Source: the human T2T-CHM13v2.0 reference genome, Homo sapiens
Assembly (NCBI RefSeq): GCF_009914755.1
Contig: NC_060927.1
Direction: 5' to 3' (one strand)
DNA: 64,000 bases
The number at the start of each line of letters is the position of its first letter. Position 1 is the stretch's first letter. Below the pieces are notes generated by a model that did no database searches, was not told the origin of the DNA, and worked only from the letters and a program-made list of their open reading frames with translations. Positions 12,401 through 26,215 of this stretch are shown here, one piece after another. The translations under genes and the position numbers were made by a program.

Positions 12401-14964
12401 ATATAGCACATTTTAGGCTTGAACCAGCTATAATTCTGGGAGTTTGAAGCCTGGAATTCATTTAGCTTTTTAATTCTGACCTTAAGAATAAAAAAAAATC
12501 AAAGCTATGTTTTTTAAAAAACACAAATGAGGGAAATATTGTGTCCTAAACTGCAATGACATCTGAAATGAAGATGTGCCTCAGAAAGATGCTTCTTATG
12601 AAACACTTGAAATTTCATAAGTTATAGAATTATCTACTGAAAGAGGACCTAGTTGTTTAGAGACTTTGTTTAGTGAAATTGCATGTAAAAGAAACAGAAA
12701 GAAAATAGGACTTTTATATAGGGTGACTATATGTTGGGATTCATCAGGCAGCTCTCAGAAGAGGGAGAATATCTCTACTAGTTCTAGAAAATAACCATCT
12801 TGATTATCATGAGAAAGTATAGCCTTTATCGAAGTCTGGGTGGCAGGAAAAATAAATTAGGGAGGGACCTTCTCAGGCAACTCAGAGAGAGACCCAACAT
12901 CCAGCAGATGTTTCTTCTGAGAAAGACAAGGTCCATCTAACAGGTGAGACATCAGCTGAACAATGGATGCCAGGACATGGGAAGTGGCTCTGAGAATCAG
13001 CGAACTCCATGTTTAAAAAGTCAACCCACTTTTTTTTTTTCTGTTTGCTTACTGATTCCTTGTTCCCTTCTCTCCTGTTTTCTCTCTCCAATTATCATTT
13101 ACTTAATTTGAAATTCTGGCCTTAATGGGGACAGAACCGTATCCAGAGGTACTATTAAGATAAGAAAATTCAGGAAGAAAGATTTAATGAGGGGCTTAGG
13201 AGTTTTTGGAAGAGGAAAAGGACATTAGAGAGAAACGAGGGAAAAACTAAGAAATTAAATATCAGCCTCAGCACGGTGGCTGTAGAAGAATAGCTTCTGA
13301 GAGACACAGATGGTCTGCATTCTCCAGAACAAAAACAAACAGGAAGTAACAGGGCCAGAGCCCCCTCTCCCCTTCATTCCTCTCTCCAGTGTAAATTGGA
13401 AAAAAACTGAAATGTGTTCACATCAAAAAGTTTTCCTTCAAACTCTAGCAAGTGACCACAGTAAAAGAAACAAGAGAGCGCTGGTTCCAGCAGGTAAAAT
13501 GCTGAAAGGATGTCACATCGTGGGGGTGAGGAAGAAATCAGGGATTAAATACATACAGTTTGGAGAAAAATCAGGCTCTATAGCTAACTAATGATGAATG
13601 GAGCAGACAGGTGGCAGATTTGAGGTCCGGAGGAGAGGAAGGGCTCCATTTTGAGCCGCCCATTTTCTGGAGGAGAGGTGGTGGCCGCTGTGGAAAATGG
13701 CTACTCCTGGGGTGCATAGGGAGACAACTGACTTAGTGGAGGGAAGGGAAGAAATAAACTAGGGAGTCATCCAGGGACACATCGAGTTAGTGAGGGTTTT
13801 AGTTTGGATGATAACAAGCTCTTAAAACATGGCTTTGACTCATAAAAAATGTAGCTGGGATGGATGGCTACTTACAGGGTTAAAAGCAAACTGAGAGCTC
13901 TTCTATTCCCAAATCTGAATGCTGAAGTGCTGCCTAGAACAGCAAACATGTACATGCAAAATATCAAAAATACACAAAGTGGGGGTGCAGAGGAGGTGCA
14001 GGATGCACCAGTCACCTCCTTCCCCACACCCTTCAACAGCACAGAGCTCTGGCAGGGTCATCACCAGTAAAACTGGATTCTTACAAGCCATTCCACAGAG
14101 AGAAACCATCCCAGGTCCCCCATGGCTCCAGGCATCAGTGAGGACAGTTTTCATGTTCCAAAACTAATTGGACAGTAAGGAGTGTCTGTAAGAATAAAAG
14201 CGGGTGGGAATGGAGGATGGAAATAAAAGGGAAAAAAAGTGTCCTTGTTGAAAGTTTTAAATTACAGGCTCAGTAAAAAACTGGCATTCCACCACATCCG
14301 GTCTAGTTACCAAATGGAAAAATAGGGTCATTAACATGTTTATTTGAATTACATTAGTCCTTCTCTTTCATATTTAATTTATTCTGTTAGAAAAAAACAC
14401 AACGCTCTGCATGCTGGTGAAAGGCAGGGGTGTAATGGATCAGGGAGCTGAAATACAATGATCTTTACCCATTATCTACCCTGCTAAGGCTTTTCAGAAC
14501 TTACTAGGATCATTCAGGGATTCTTCCCTCACAAGGGAGGGAAGGGTACAGAAAGATGTAAGGTACAGATGCTACTGAGTTTGTTAAAATAATATTGAAG
14601 CACATTTAAATTAAGGAGTGGAAGGACGATTTTAATATGGAAAGTTTACAAAAAGAAGAAAAGTTTGGGATAAATGACCTCTTCTGAGACTGAATGTCCA
14701 GATGCAAGGTTGGTGCTAGGCTTACGGAACATCTCCACATGATATGGAAGTTGTAGAACATTGTGTTATTAGTATTCGGGGTATTAAAAGGCGAAGTCTG
14801 CAGGATGATCTCATGAGGCTTGCTGTCATCCACAAGAGGTCAGGGCAACTTCAGTACAAGCAAGTATAATGCAGTACATTCAGGGGAAAATGAAACAAGG
14901 TATATTTTCAGGAAGATGTCCAGAAATGACCTGGCTATCTTTGTGGCGGTGACATGGAAAGGAC

Positions 14965-15153
14965 ATAGACTTAGTATCATAAGGCCAGTCCCTGCTCTAC
15001 AACTTACTAACACCATTTGCACAAGTAATTCAATCAGTTTTCCTCATCCATAAAATGGGAACATGAACAGTTACCATAGAGTTGTGAGGATCAACTGAGA
15101 CAATCTATGTGAAAGTGTTCTATAAAGCACTGTACAAATGTAAGACATTTATT
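14965..15153 (+). mobile_element. MIR SINE (MIRc-like)
   Basis: cagttttcctcatccataaaatggg...gttgtgaggatcaactgaga...aaagcactgtacaaatgtaag. Confidence 0.8.
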
Positions 15154-16124
15154 TTCTGAAGACAGTGGTGCCAAGTGTGAGCCAAGCAGTGTGCCAAATA
15201 TCCTCAGAAATAGGATTGGAAACAAAGCAGGGAATGCTCTGACAAAGCTGAAGAGGACAAGGATCTCCCATCTCAGTGTGACTGGGTGTATCGCTCACTC
15301 AAACCTGAAGGGATTTCTCACCGGGATGCTGACCTTGGGTTCATAGACTAACTCCACAGTAGGTTGCCACCCACTCATAATGAGTCATTTAAAGTTCAAA
15401 TCTTACTTCATGCTAGCGATGCTAGCACAGAGGCAAGCAGTTTTAGGCTTTTTTTGGTCACAGATTTCTGCTGCCATTGTCAAAACAGTAGCCCCAACCT
15501 CTAACTGCAACCTAGGGCAGCCAGCCCAACCTAGACTTGATTCTGGTCACTTTTAGTGGAACAAATTGGCTCAGAAAACATCGCCTTCTACTTCTTCTTT
15601 AGGATATCCAAAATGAGCAAAAACTTCAGTCTCTAGTTTTTCCTTAAGACAAGTTTCTCCCTTTGCTACAAACGGAATCACATCTTTTTGTTATGATTCT
15701 TCCTCTATGGTCCAGTTTGTTGAACATTTTGCCAGCTGTTTCTAAGCTGAACTTTGGCTTAAATACAATTGCAGTCACACTAAGATCATTCTGTTTTGAG
15801 CCCAGAGCATAGAGTGTAATTTTGATAGAGGAAGGGGAGAGTTAAATTACGATCAGCTCTAGTAAAAGGTAACGGCAACTCATGGGTGGGATACTTTCTG
15901 GATGAAGTACTTCAAAAAATAAATAAATAAAAAGAATAGGAGAACGTTCAGTATTAATTAAAATAATCATGACATAAGATGAAGATTTCTATTTATAATG
16001 ATAAAATCCAGGCAAGGATATGGTAAATGTCTATAAAGAAACAAAAGGTCTGGGAAACTGACTATGGATTTCTTTTTCAAATTCTAGTATATGTGAACTG
16101 GAAGTCATCTTACTACTTTTCAAA

Positions 16125-16416
16125 AGAAACAATTTATGACAAACTAAAGAACTACTTTACACAGTAGGCAATCAACTTATAAAATTCATTAAAGGTCGAT
16201 GACATAAATAGTATCACAAAGGTTTAGCTAAATTCATGGATAAGTCCATAGTGGGTTATTCAGAGAAACTAGGCTATCTGGAGGAAAATAACTCTAATTC
16301 TTTAAGTTAGCAACAAGGACAATTGTGTCTTATATAACAGTTTCCTGTCCCTGTGATCAGAAAATGAATGCTGAACTGAAAGGACCATAAGCCTGAACCA
16401 GAGGGGCTTTTCTTAT
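16125..16416 (+). mobile_element. CR1/L3 LINE 3' end remnant
   Basis: tactttacacagtaggcaatcaacttat...ggtttagctaaattcatggataagtcca...gctgaactgaaaggaccataagcctgaaccag...ttcttat resembles mammalian CR1 3' ends. Confidence 0.55.
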
Positions 16417-16559
16417 AATCACATGCTTGTAAGAAAGTAGGGACTAACTATAGTGCTGATATTAAGCCTGCTGGGGCCAGAAGGTGCACAAATTCTTGAA
16501 CCTGCAGTCACATATGTCACATTACCTAAGCTGTATTATGCCACTCCTTCTCTGCAGCA

Positions 16560-16715
16560 ACTATTATCATCTCCATATTACAGATGAGAGAAGTAAGGAT
16601 CAGGGAAGTTCAGAGACGAAAAGTAAATTAACAAAGGTCACACAGCTGGTAAATGGCAGATTTGGGATTTGAATTTAGGATTATCTACTTCTGAAGCTCT
16701 GCTACCACACTGCTG
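16560..16715 (-). mobile_element. MIR SINE
   Basis: ccatattacagatgag...aaggtcacacagctggtaaatggcagatttgggatttgaa. Confidence 0.85.
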
Positions 16716-17494
16716 CTGTTTTCTGCCCAGTAGCCTGATGTATTAACAGCTTAAGATGACTAATTTAACCTGTTAAAGCGATATGAAGTCTTGCTCTTCA
16801 TTTGCCTTGATATCTAAACTGTGTGTGCAGTAGCTTCTTGTCATCAAATCATGTGCTCATCTATGGCTTTACATTAAAGATGTCTCCAGCTCTCATTAAG
16901 AGGGAACAAAAGAAGCAAACAGATCACGAGGAGGTAAAAGGCATGCTGCTATGGATTATTATAGAGTACCTCAGACTATAATGTATATTAACAGAAACTC
17001 TTCTCTATCAACTAATCTAAAGACTCATTCTTAGTTTTCCTAATCTAAACTCAGGTACTACAATAGAAGTAATATCCAAGAAGTGAATGAATATGATGAA
17101 TTCCAACAACCTCCTTGCTTTGGTGACTCTAATGTTGAATGGGATATCAAAATGGAAGATGAGAAACACAAGAAATAGCTGGGTTGGGGGAGAAGCACGA
17201 TGAGGAGAAGAAACATTAGAGAAGAATCCGGAGTTTACTTTCCCAGACTCTAATTTAATCTGAATGAGCTTTGTTTCTCCACATTTTGAAGAAAATTTAA
17301 GTTTAGTAATAGGAGATTGTGTAATGCAAGAGTGTTGCTAGCCTAAAGGCTGTGATAACATATCTTAGGAGCTCTGTGTCCCTCATAACAAAAGTAACAA
17401 ACCTTCCAAAATTATTTGTGGCCTTGAAATATAATACAAAATACCTGTATCTTAATTTCTATCCTTGTGAAATGGGAAAAGTTATTTTTATATG

Positions 17495-17630
17495 AAACAA
17501 CAAATACATAAAATACTATATATTTATATAAAATATATAAAATATAATTATAAAATATATAAAATATAAAATGCTATATGATAGTATATAAAATACTATA
17601 TATTTTATATAAAATTATTATATATGTTTA
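17495..17630. repeat. AT-rich low-complexity region with (TA)n/TATAAAA units
   Basis: Repeated tatataaaa units, almost all A/T. Confidence 0.9.
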
Positions 17631-18174
17631 CATGTGAATAGGAGCTATTTGTGAGTTTTATTAAAAGTCTAGGTAAAAGTAAAGTCATCTATACTCCTTT
17701 CTCTGGGGTTCTCTTCCCTTTCCTTTTGTATATTTTTGCTCCCCTTTCTCTGCCGCCCCCCCGCACCCACCCAGGATTTTAACCACAGATGTAATGGGTT
17801 TCTGTAACACTGGCAACTCATAGCTTTCACAAATGTTCCCTTGGCTAGGGACCACCCAAATAGTGACCAAATAGTGACTCTCACTGGCTAATGAAAAATC
17901 AATGTGGTTTGATATCATTAGGACAAGGTCAAAATAATCCTCTAAGCAGAATTTCCTTACATTCCCTCAACACCAATGTGACAATCTCGCTGCAAACAAG
18001 GCATAGGGATGTGGCACTGCTGAACCTGGTAAAGCTATGTCATTGTTAACTGAACTAAAGGAACTATCAGTGCCAAAGAAGAAAGAGAGTAAGAGAAAAA
18101 TGTCAGAAATGACTGTCTAGATTCAGAGAAAAACTTGATGAAGGGGCATATAGGGATGGAAGACATCTTCGACT

Positions 18175-18316
18175 GATGACCAGCAGCTTTGAACTCTGCT
18201 TCTGGCTCTTGATACAAATTTGATGTGTTGAGTGGTACAAAATCACTACACTGTCTAGGCCTAAATGCCTTCACCTGTAAAGTGTGGGACTCCTTTCAAA
18301 TCTAAAGTTCTGATTT
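18175..18316 (+). mobile_element. MIR3 SINE (degenerate)
   Basis: aaatcactacactgtctaggcctaaatgccttcacctgtaaag...cctttcaaatctaaagttctgatt. Confidence 0.6.
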
Positions 18317-18327
18317 TGTGTCTTGTT

Positions 18328-18630
18328 TGGCTGGCTTACTCGGTTAGAACATAGGTTTAATAAGGTTAACATTAGAGATTCAGTTTTCATATAAATCAGA
18401 TGGCCTGATATAATACTTTGCACATAGTACTTAATAAATATTTGCTCAATGAATAAATGTCTTGGAATAGAGAAAAACTCTATTTCATAGTCAAGGATTC
18501 TAATTTAGGGTTAAATGGAGTGGGGCCAAGAGAGAGCACGGGGCTTGATACTAATGCATCTGAACTCCTGGGCGAAATAACTTAAAACGTGGGTCTCACT
18601 GACATTGAGTCAGTGGTATCACCATATAGT
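18328..18630 (+). mobile_element. MamSINE1-like tRNA-derived SINE, interrupted by an L2-like tail
   Basis: tRNA-like head ggcttactcggttagaacataggtttaataagg. The body resumes at agagaaaaactctatttc...gagagagcacgg...aaataacttaaaacg...ctgacattgagtcagtggtatcacc. Confidence 0.6.
18401..18459 (+). mobile_element. L2 3'-end fragment
   Basis: gcacatagtacttaataaatatttgctcaatgaataaatg. Confidence 0.65.
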
Positions 18631-21600
18631 AGTTGTGCTACAAGAACAATCTTACTATTCAGACTCTTTGAATCACCTGAAAGTGTTCTTGCCAGTAGCC
18701 TCTTCCCAAAAGAGATAACCAATCCTGAGAGAATTCCCTGATTTTAAGATTGCATAAATAGCTCATCAAATCCCTACAACATTCAGTTGGGATATGAAAA
18801 TTACAGATATTTTTTTCCTCTTCACTTTTCACATGGAAAAACAGAAGTCTGCTTCCATTGCAGTCACCCCATCTCCTACAGGGGTGGGAAATGACTTAGC
18901 CAGTATTACAGATTGAGCCACTACCTCTTTGTAAATACTATAGTTGAGCATAGAATTTGCCCACGTATGGTACACCCAGGGATTTAGGTGGCAATCACAT
19001 GCCAGAATTTTGCTTTAGATAATGAGAATCAAGTCATAAAAGAACTTGTGAAAATAAAAATTGAGACACTTAATAATATCAACCACCTGATCATTGTGGT
19101 CAGACATATGATAATTTCAATTCCTTACCAATACTTAAAAAAAAAAAAAAACAACTAACTAAATAGAGGGATTAGAACCTGGAAGATAAAGAATCAAACA
19201 TTAGAACAAGTAACCTTGGATCATAAATATTCTCTGACATTTTCAATTTGCTTGCAACATACAGGGTTTTGTTTTGTTTTGGTTTTGCTTCCATGAGTGT
19301 ATTGTATCCCCCACTTTCTCCCCTTCTAGAAGCTGGCTAAGTATAGACGCAGACGGTGAAACTCAATCGCAGAGTGCTGACAGAGCTTCTCTTAGGGTCT
19401 ACAGAACAGATCTACTGAGTCTCACATCTCTTGGTCAGCAGCGACAGGTAAACACTAGCTTTATTTTAGCAGCTCAGTTGCAGCTCCATGGGCAGCTGTC
19501 CTTACTGCACATAATCAGTCCCTCTTTTCAGGGGATTATAACTCAACTATCAAAATACCAAAATATGCTCCGGTTTGAAACTTGGTGTATAGAGTCCCAA
19601 GCCCAGGAATGAATGTGGTTTACTTCCAAATTTAAGAAAATATTGAGTTTTGTAGGTCATTTATTTACTATTTTCAAATATGTTTGAAGAATCTTTTAAA
19701 TGCCATAGGAAAATGTACTAAAAAGGACACACCATTTTAATACCTTTGGTGATTCATTCTGAATTTCAGCACACCACTGAAAGAACCAAATGGTGGTGGA
19801 AAAAAAGAGTTTGTTTTATTTTCTTACCAAATACAGATGTTTTGACCACTTGGGTCCTCATCAGTGTTCAAAATATTAGTGTGTTGTAACATAATAAAAT
19901 AAAGGCGTTAACTTCTTTGTTTTGTTCTTTTCAGTGATGTGCAGAATGGATTAACGAGTTCTTGTTTCTGGCCCTCGTATAACTCAAAAACTCGTTTCAA
20001 CTTAAATAAATTAAGTAAGTAATTAGTTCATAATATGGCCTAATCACCTCTGGTATTTTGAAACAAACAAAAACACAAAAATGGCTGTTGCACATTTGCA
20101 CTTAATTACTTCCACAGAAAACACTCATGTGGACTTTATTACAGGTGACATAAATTTCAAATCTAAGCTTTGTTTGTGATAGAAACCTGGGTTATGGTAT
20201 TGTGTAGACTTCCACGAAGATTCTGTAACCGTCCCTACTATTTTCCTTAAGAAAATGAAACCACAGTCTATGAAACCACATTCTTGCGCTCTTAATTGGC
20301 AAAAGAAAGTGCTTTATTTCAAAAACTCTGGAGAATAGTTTACTTCCTACAGAGGCTCAAAGGACGTTAATATAAAAGGTAGTATCATTTCTGGAATTTC
20401 TGCAGTGTTCAATTTTTGCTCTTGGAGTCTGAACAGTTCTTGTTTGCATACACGTCTATCTGGGAATTGCTCTTAGTGATCAGGACAGCCTTATGGAAAT
20501 CCTTCCAGATGAATATACTCAATAGAGCAAAAAATCTTGCTCTGTCTTTAATGTAAAGGAAAAAAGGACTTTTAAACAAGTGTGTAATTGTGAGTTCTAG
20601 CCTTAAAGGAACTTTCTTGGCTTGGATTTCTTCTACCCTCCCCTTCAGATACTTAATAATCAAAGTATATGCCAAGAAACTAATGATGCAAACCAGAGTA
20701 TTGCACATGAACTTGGATCGCTTTCCCATTGTGTAGTGTGTGTAGTGACCAAGATTGGACCCAAAAAGTCGATGATAGAAAATAGACAATGCAACATAAT
20801 CAAGGTACGCCCACCTTGGGTAAATTCACTAACCCATTTCCTATCCTTCATAAATGCATATAATGATTCTCAGTATAGATTCTGAAACTTCTAGGCTAAT
20901 CTGGCCATCAGCTGTGAAAGGAAGAAGGAGCAACCTTGATTAGTAAACTTCCAGGTCATTTGCTTGGCATGAACCCACTGATGTGTTAGCTGCATACCTC
21001 ACAATTCTTTAGGTGTTATCTGATGTTACCAAGCATTCCTGATGCCCTTTGAATTTCAATACAGAAATCTAAGTACAACTAAACATTTCCCCAAGCTGTG
21101 ACAGCCTTATGGCTATTACTCATTTTAGAACTGAGACCAACTTTTCTTCTGACATTTGACCTGGGAGAGTTTCTTCTTTAGCTTTCTGAGTCATGCAAAT
21201 TTATTCAAATTCTGTATTGCAACCCTTGTCAGTTGTGGCCATACATTCACTTAGTGATATCTTACACACAATAGGCTCTCAATAAACATTTGCTTTCCAG
21301 AATGAAACTAGCCTTATCATAAGAAAAAATGGAATAGATTTCAATAGAGTTATAAATGAACTAGAAGAAAGACTAATAGATCTTGAGTATATTAAAAAAA
21401 AAAAATCAAGCAGTGAGAACAGTTGGGTTTTGATACAGTTTCCCAAGGGAAGTAGTAGAAGTTTCATTACTCAGGGCATTTTAAAGTAGAATAGACAAAA
21501 CACTAGTGGGGTATGTTGAAATAAAATATGCGTAGTCCGTCTGTGAATTAGTGTTTACTTTCAATATAATTATAAGTGAAGCAACACTGTAATGGGAATT

Positions 21601-24600
21601 TTTCATACACAGGAAAGCTATGGCTACTATGTTTCCACATCGACCATATGTTGCACATATTGGTTGCTGTGGATGTGTATCCCTACTGCCCTCTAGTGGA
21701 TGAAATGTAAGACCTACCTGATTAACCAGATCTAACAAGCTACTGGTTTGGGGGTATATCAATCTTTAATCATTTAGGGTAGAAAGAAAATAGCTGTGTT
21801 GATGCATTTTCCATCAAATTATAAAATTGAAGGGCATTAAAAACAACAGAATCAAACTCTGTAATTAAGACTGCCATTTAATGTTTGTTCGCACACGGTA
21901 TTCATTTCTGTGTATCCCTGCCAAAGATCCATTGTGTAATGTTGTCCTCACATGACATTAAAAACACCAGTTCCCTGGAAAATACAAAAAAGAAACCGTG
22001 CTGCCTTGAAATACACGGAGTTCACTTTCAGAAACATAAAATTAATACAGACACAGTAACATAATTTGGAACACAAATAATGGCTACAAGAAACTTGAAA
22101 ACCAGGACTGCTCCTTAACTCTGAGCAAGCGTATTAGCAGTCTATGGGTGTGCTGGCTGGTAGTCAGAAGAGGGCAAGCAAAATGGGTTTCAGAACAGGG
22201 AAGCTGATTTGAGAAAGGACTGACTAAACACATAGTAATAGGGCAGGAAAATAACTCTAAACACACATTTGGTACTGTGGGTATATATTTAATGCTGTCA
22301 CATTGAGGCTGCTTTTCAAGTGTAGCACCCAGATGCTGTACTCCCAATGAAGAAAGATAGGGACCTGTACAGTTCTTTGGCATTTTGTCATTAAGACACA
22401 GGACAAATCTGAAGGCCATCCTCTTTGTATAATTTTAATTATTTTACAGGATTTAGACTTTAATCACTAAGTTTTAGTCTCACACTTAGCATATAAAATA
22501 ATTCTCCTAAAACACCAAGAGGAAACAATTATACAATCTACGTTGCCAAAACAACTGACATACCAAAGAGAATAAATGAAATCCGAAAGAAGAGAAACAT
22601 ACCGTGTGCATGCTGAGTGCACCAGGGCAATGGCCCTTATTATGAATGTGGGAAATAAATTGGCTAAATCTTTAAATATCATAAATTGTTCGAAGCTGGT
22701 GATATGTGAGTAGATGTACACTTGAGGGGAGGGGAACTGGGTGGGCATGGCCCAGATCGCTCTCTGAGTTAGTGACAGTTTTTACAGTACATAATTTGGT
22801 AAAAAAGTATTGGTTTAGTAATGAAAGGTAGGTCCCAATGGACTTCTCCTTGTAAACTTAAAAAGAGCAACAGACTTATCTAGATAGAGCTACAAAGCAA
22901 CATGAAAACTCTCATTACCTGAGTGATCTAGAAGAAAATCTAACTTGATAAATATCCTGGAAGCATTGTTTTCATCTCAACTAGATTTACTGTATAGCAA
23001 TTAGCATCTCTATAGATAGATATGGGGAAGCCCAGGAGAGCTGGGGGTAAGCAGTATGGGCCAAAAGGAGGAAATACAGCCAATTTCCTACTTAGCACCA
23101 CGGACAGAGCTGTCAGCAGAAAGAAACATCCTTGGAGTTATCCTTGGTGTTAAAGAAACACAAAGAAATCAGTGTTGCATTTTAAAGATGCTTCTTATCC
23201 CCATTGCGACTGGCAGTCTGGGTTGGAATTATGTTCCAGTGCTTCCCTGTAGGGCACCCATTGGAGCTGAACGAATAAAAAGGTGTCTTGCCCGCCTGTG
23301 CACATACAGGAAGGAAAGGTTGATACAGGAGAATGATGTCTCCTTGACTTTTGTCTGACACTTCTCTGGTTTTTGAAAAATCATAGCACTCTGAAGAATA
23401 CTATCCAGTCTTTCCCATGTCAAGACAAGTCCCTGTGCATTTCAGCCTTAGGGTCTCTAGGGCACAGGGATTGCTCTGGGGCACAACTAGGGAAAGGGAA
23501 TAAGTAAAGACAACTCTAAAAGGAAGTAAAATGCCTTCTATTCCATCTCATGTTATAGAAGATTACAAATAAGACCCTCTTCTTCCTCTCAGTTCTGGCC
23601 TTTATGAGGTGGAAGTCACTATTAGACTCTATAACTGAATAACAGATTCTGGAAAATTAGAACTATCTCTCTTGCACTTGAGAAGTCAGTGGGTCTCCTT
23701 TTCTGTCCTGCTGAAGCCAGATACAGACAAATCTAGAGAACCAGTTTTATGAAAGAAAGCACCCTAGCACAAATTATTTGGCATTAAACCATACCATCAT
23801 TTGCTAAAGACTTGGAGTCAAAGCTTTTCTCATTTGATTGTTAATAAGAAGCTTATATTTCTAAAATATCTTGATTACCAGGGAACTTGTGGGTTTTGGC
23901 TTTAATCAATTCTTAGGGCTTTTCCTATCTTTTGTTTCTTAGACCTTTATGTCCACAGGATAGTCTAGAGAGTTGAAATTTACTTTTTGCCAGCTCACTA
24001 TGCATGTTCACCAAATGGTAAAGTTCTCACTTTAAAGCCCAGCAAGACAAGATGAGCTCTGTCTGCCCAGCAGCCTTTCAGAGGCATTAAGGGTAAGAGA
24101 GAAGGTAAGTAATTCACTATGCGTCCCCATTTCTATAATGGGGAAGGACGTCTTGATACATTTACAATACTCCTCTGGGGATATTTCATCAGTTATACCT
24201 AAACTCTAATGGACAATAATTGATTTGAACTTTCCACTTAGCACAGAGCTGTAAACAGCTTCACTGCAGACGGCAGCAATGAGCCGACGTTTTGTAAAGT
24301 GGAGAGAGATTCAGAAAACTTTTGTACTGGGTCATGCCGTAGCCTAACAGCTTTTGAATCCAGGGAAGAAACAGTTTGTCCTCCTGGTTTTAATAGCTGG
24401 GCTAATCGAGTTTCAAGCCTGCAGTAGGTATAGGTTATCTTTTGAAGGCATTCCATTTTAACCCCTCACTATTATGATGGGTTTATAACCTAGCCATAAA
24501 AATGTACTCCTGATTTAGACATACATCAGGACACATTCAAAAACATAACTTTCTGAATGTTAATTTCCTGGTGAAGGAAAAAATAAGACATTAAAGTCAT

Positions 24601-25489
24601 TTTAAGACTACAGATTTTTTTTTTTTTTTAACTCTGCGTGGGTGGTGAGCCTTTCAGGGAAAATATTCCCTCTCTTCCAGTGTCCCTCATCTGGTTGACA
24701 CCACCCTGTCTCTCCCTCTCACTCAACATCACTTTGTTTCGGGCTGTATCTTAGTGCAATCTCCCATGGAATGGCCCCAAAGACTAATCTGCTACAAGGC
24801 ATGAACCAAGCACAAGTATAGCTCTGTTCCATGACTTTCTTTTATAGCCTCCCTCCAGCCCTGTTGAACACACAAGTAGATGAAGTTTAGAAGAATTCTT
24901 TCACTATTTAAATCAGCTCTTCTGTCTCACTACGGCATGATAGAGGGTAAAATGAAGAGAAATGAAAGACTAACTACATTTTACTTAGACCACTACATCA
25001 TCTGCTCAGTCTATAGCTTTCCTATTTTGTTCCACACTCCTGGAATTCTCACAATGGGATTCAAAGCTCACCTAGAAGCCACTCTTAGACAACAAAGGAC
25101 ACAGTCCCCTTTGGAGTTGTTGCTGCCACTTCTCTTGTGTCAAAGATCTACAAACCTTGTGGCTGTGAAGTAGGACTTTATGAACACACAGCAAGAAAGT
25201 ATATTTTGTGAATATACTGCAACCGGACATTACCCGCCTTACATGAATTTGACATGGAATATGAATTTTCCCTCAATTCAGCTGATAAGATTGTAAGAGC
25301 AAAGGCATACCACTGTCAGAAAATAGATTTACCCTGCACCCCCAATTGTAATTCCCTTTCTAGAAATCTACAGAAAAAATAGGATATAATCAGACATTTT
25401 GTAAGATGTTGTCCAGATTCTGAAATGCATTAAAATCAAACTGAACATAACTTGTTCCACTTGGTCCTGAAAATTATATTCTGTAGCTT

Positions 25490-25680
25490 CTAGACATCAA
25501 ACTTAGTTCTGGTTTTGATGTAACCGCTGATTATTTAGGTAACACTAAGCAAGGTACTGAACCTTACAGAGCCTCAATTTTTCCATTTCTCATTTGGGGA
25601 GAATGACACCTGTGTGTTCTTATTTATTGATGGATGAGATGAAATTATATCATAAGCTACTGAAAAAAATGGTGTTATAT
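25490..25680 (+). mobile_element. MIR SINE (degenerate)
   Basis: aagcaaggtactgaaccttacagagcctcaatttttccatttc...ggggagaatgacacctg. Confidence 0.6.
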
Positions 25681-26175
25681 ATATTTTGGGTCAGTCACCT
25701 TTACCTTTACAGCAGCATGACCAATGATTGGCAAAGTAGTCAAAGTCTACTTCACCCCTCCTGGGTAGAAGGCAACATGGAAAGGGTATTTTCCATCATT
25801 TGGCAGTAAGGGCCTAGCTCTACCCATGTTCTTCCCCAGGCAAGCCCTTTTCTCCCATAATCAAAGGGCAACATTTTAATATTTAATCTTTAAATCAAAT
25901 ATGGCATTCTCAAATTTGATTTAACCAATGTCTAAACTTCACTGAGCTTTCAGTTGAGCCACTAACTCCCTCTTTCACTGTCAAGCTTCCATGGAACACT
26001 CTTTAACCACAAAATTTTGTACAATGGTACCTAGTGAGCTCAAATGACTTTCTCACTGATCAACAATTATTAGTCTGTAAGGAGTTTATACTACAGAACA
26101 TCACTCTGGTGTGTCAGGCTCAGCTCTCATAGACTTAACTAAGCATAAAATGTGCTTTACAAATAAAATGCTTAT

Positions 26176-26215
26176 AAAAGTTAACAAAGAAGTTAACAAA
26201 AGTTAACAAAGAAGT
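26176..26215. repeat. Short tandem repeat of aagttaacaa(ag)
   Basis: aaaagttaacaaagaagttaacaaaagttaacaaagaagt. Confidence 0.9.

Noticed and set aside
18328-18400. tRNA-like sequence
   Set aside because: Too degenerate for a cloverleaf; better explained as a SINE head.
24880-25173. 97-aa ATG ORF (MKFRRILSLF...)
   Set aside because: No recognisable domain, no promoter or splice context, and opposite to the inferred host strand. A frame of this length is expected by chance in 64 kb.
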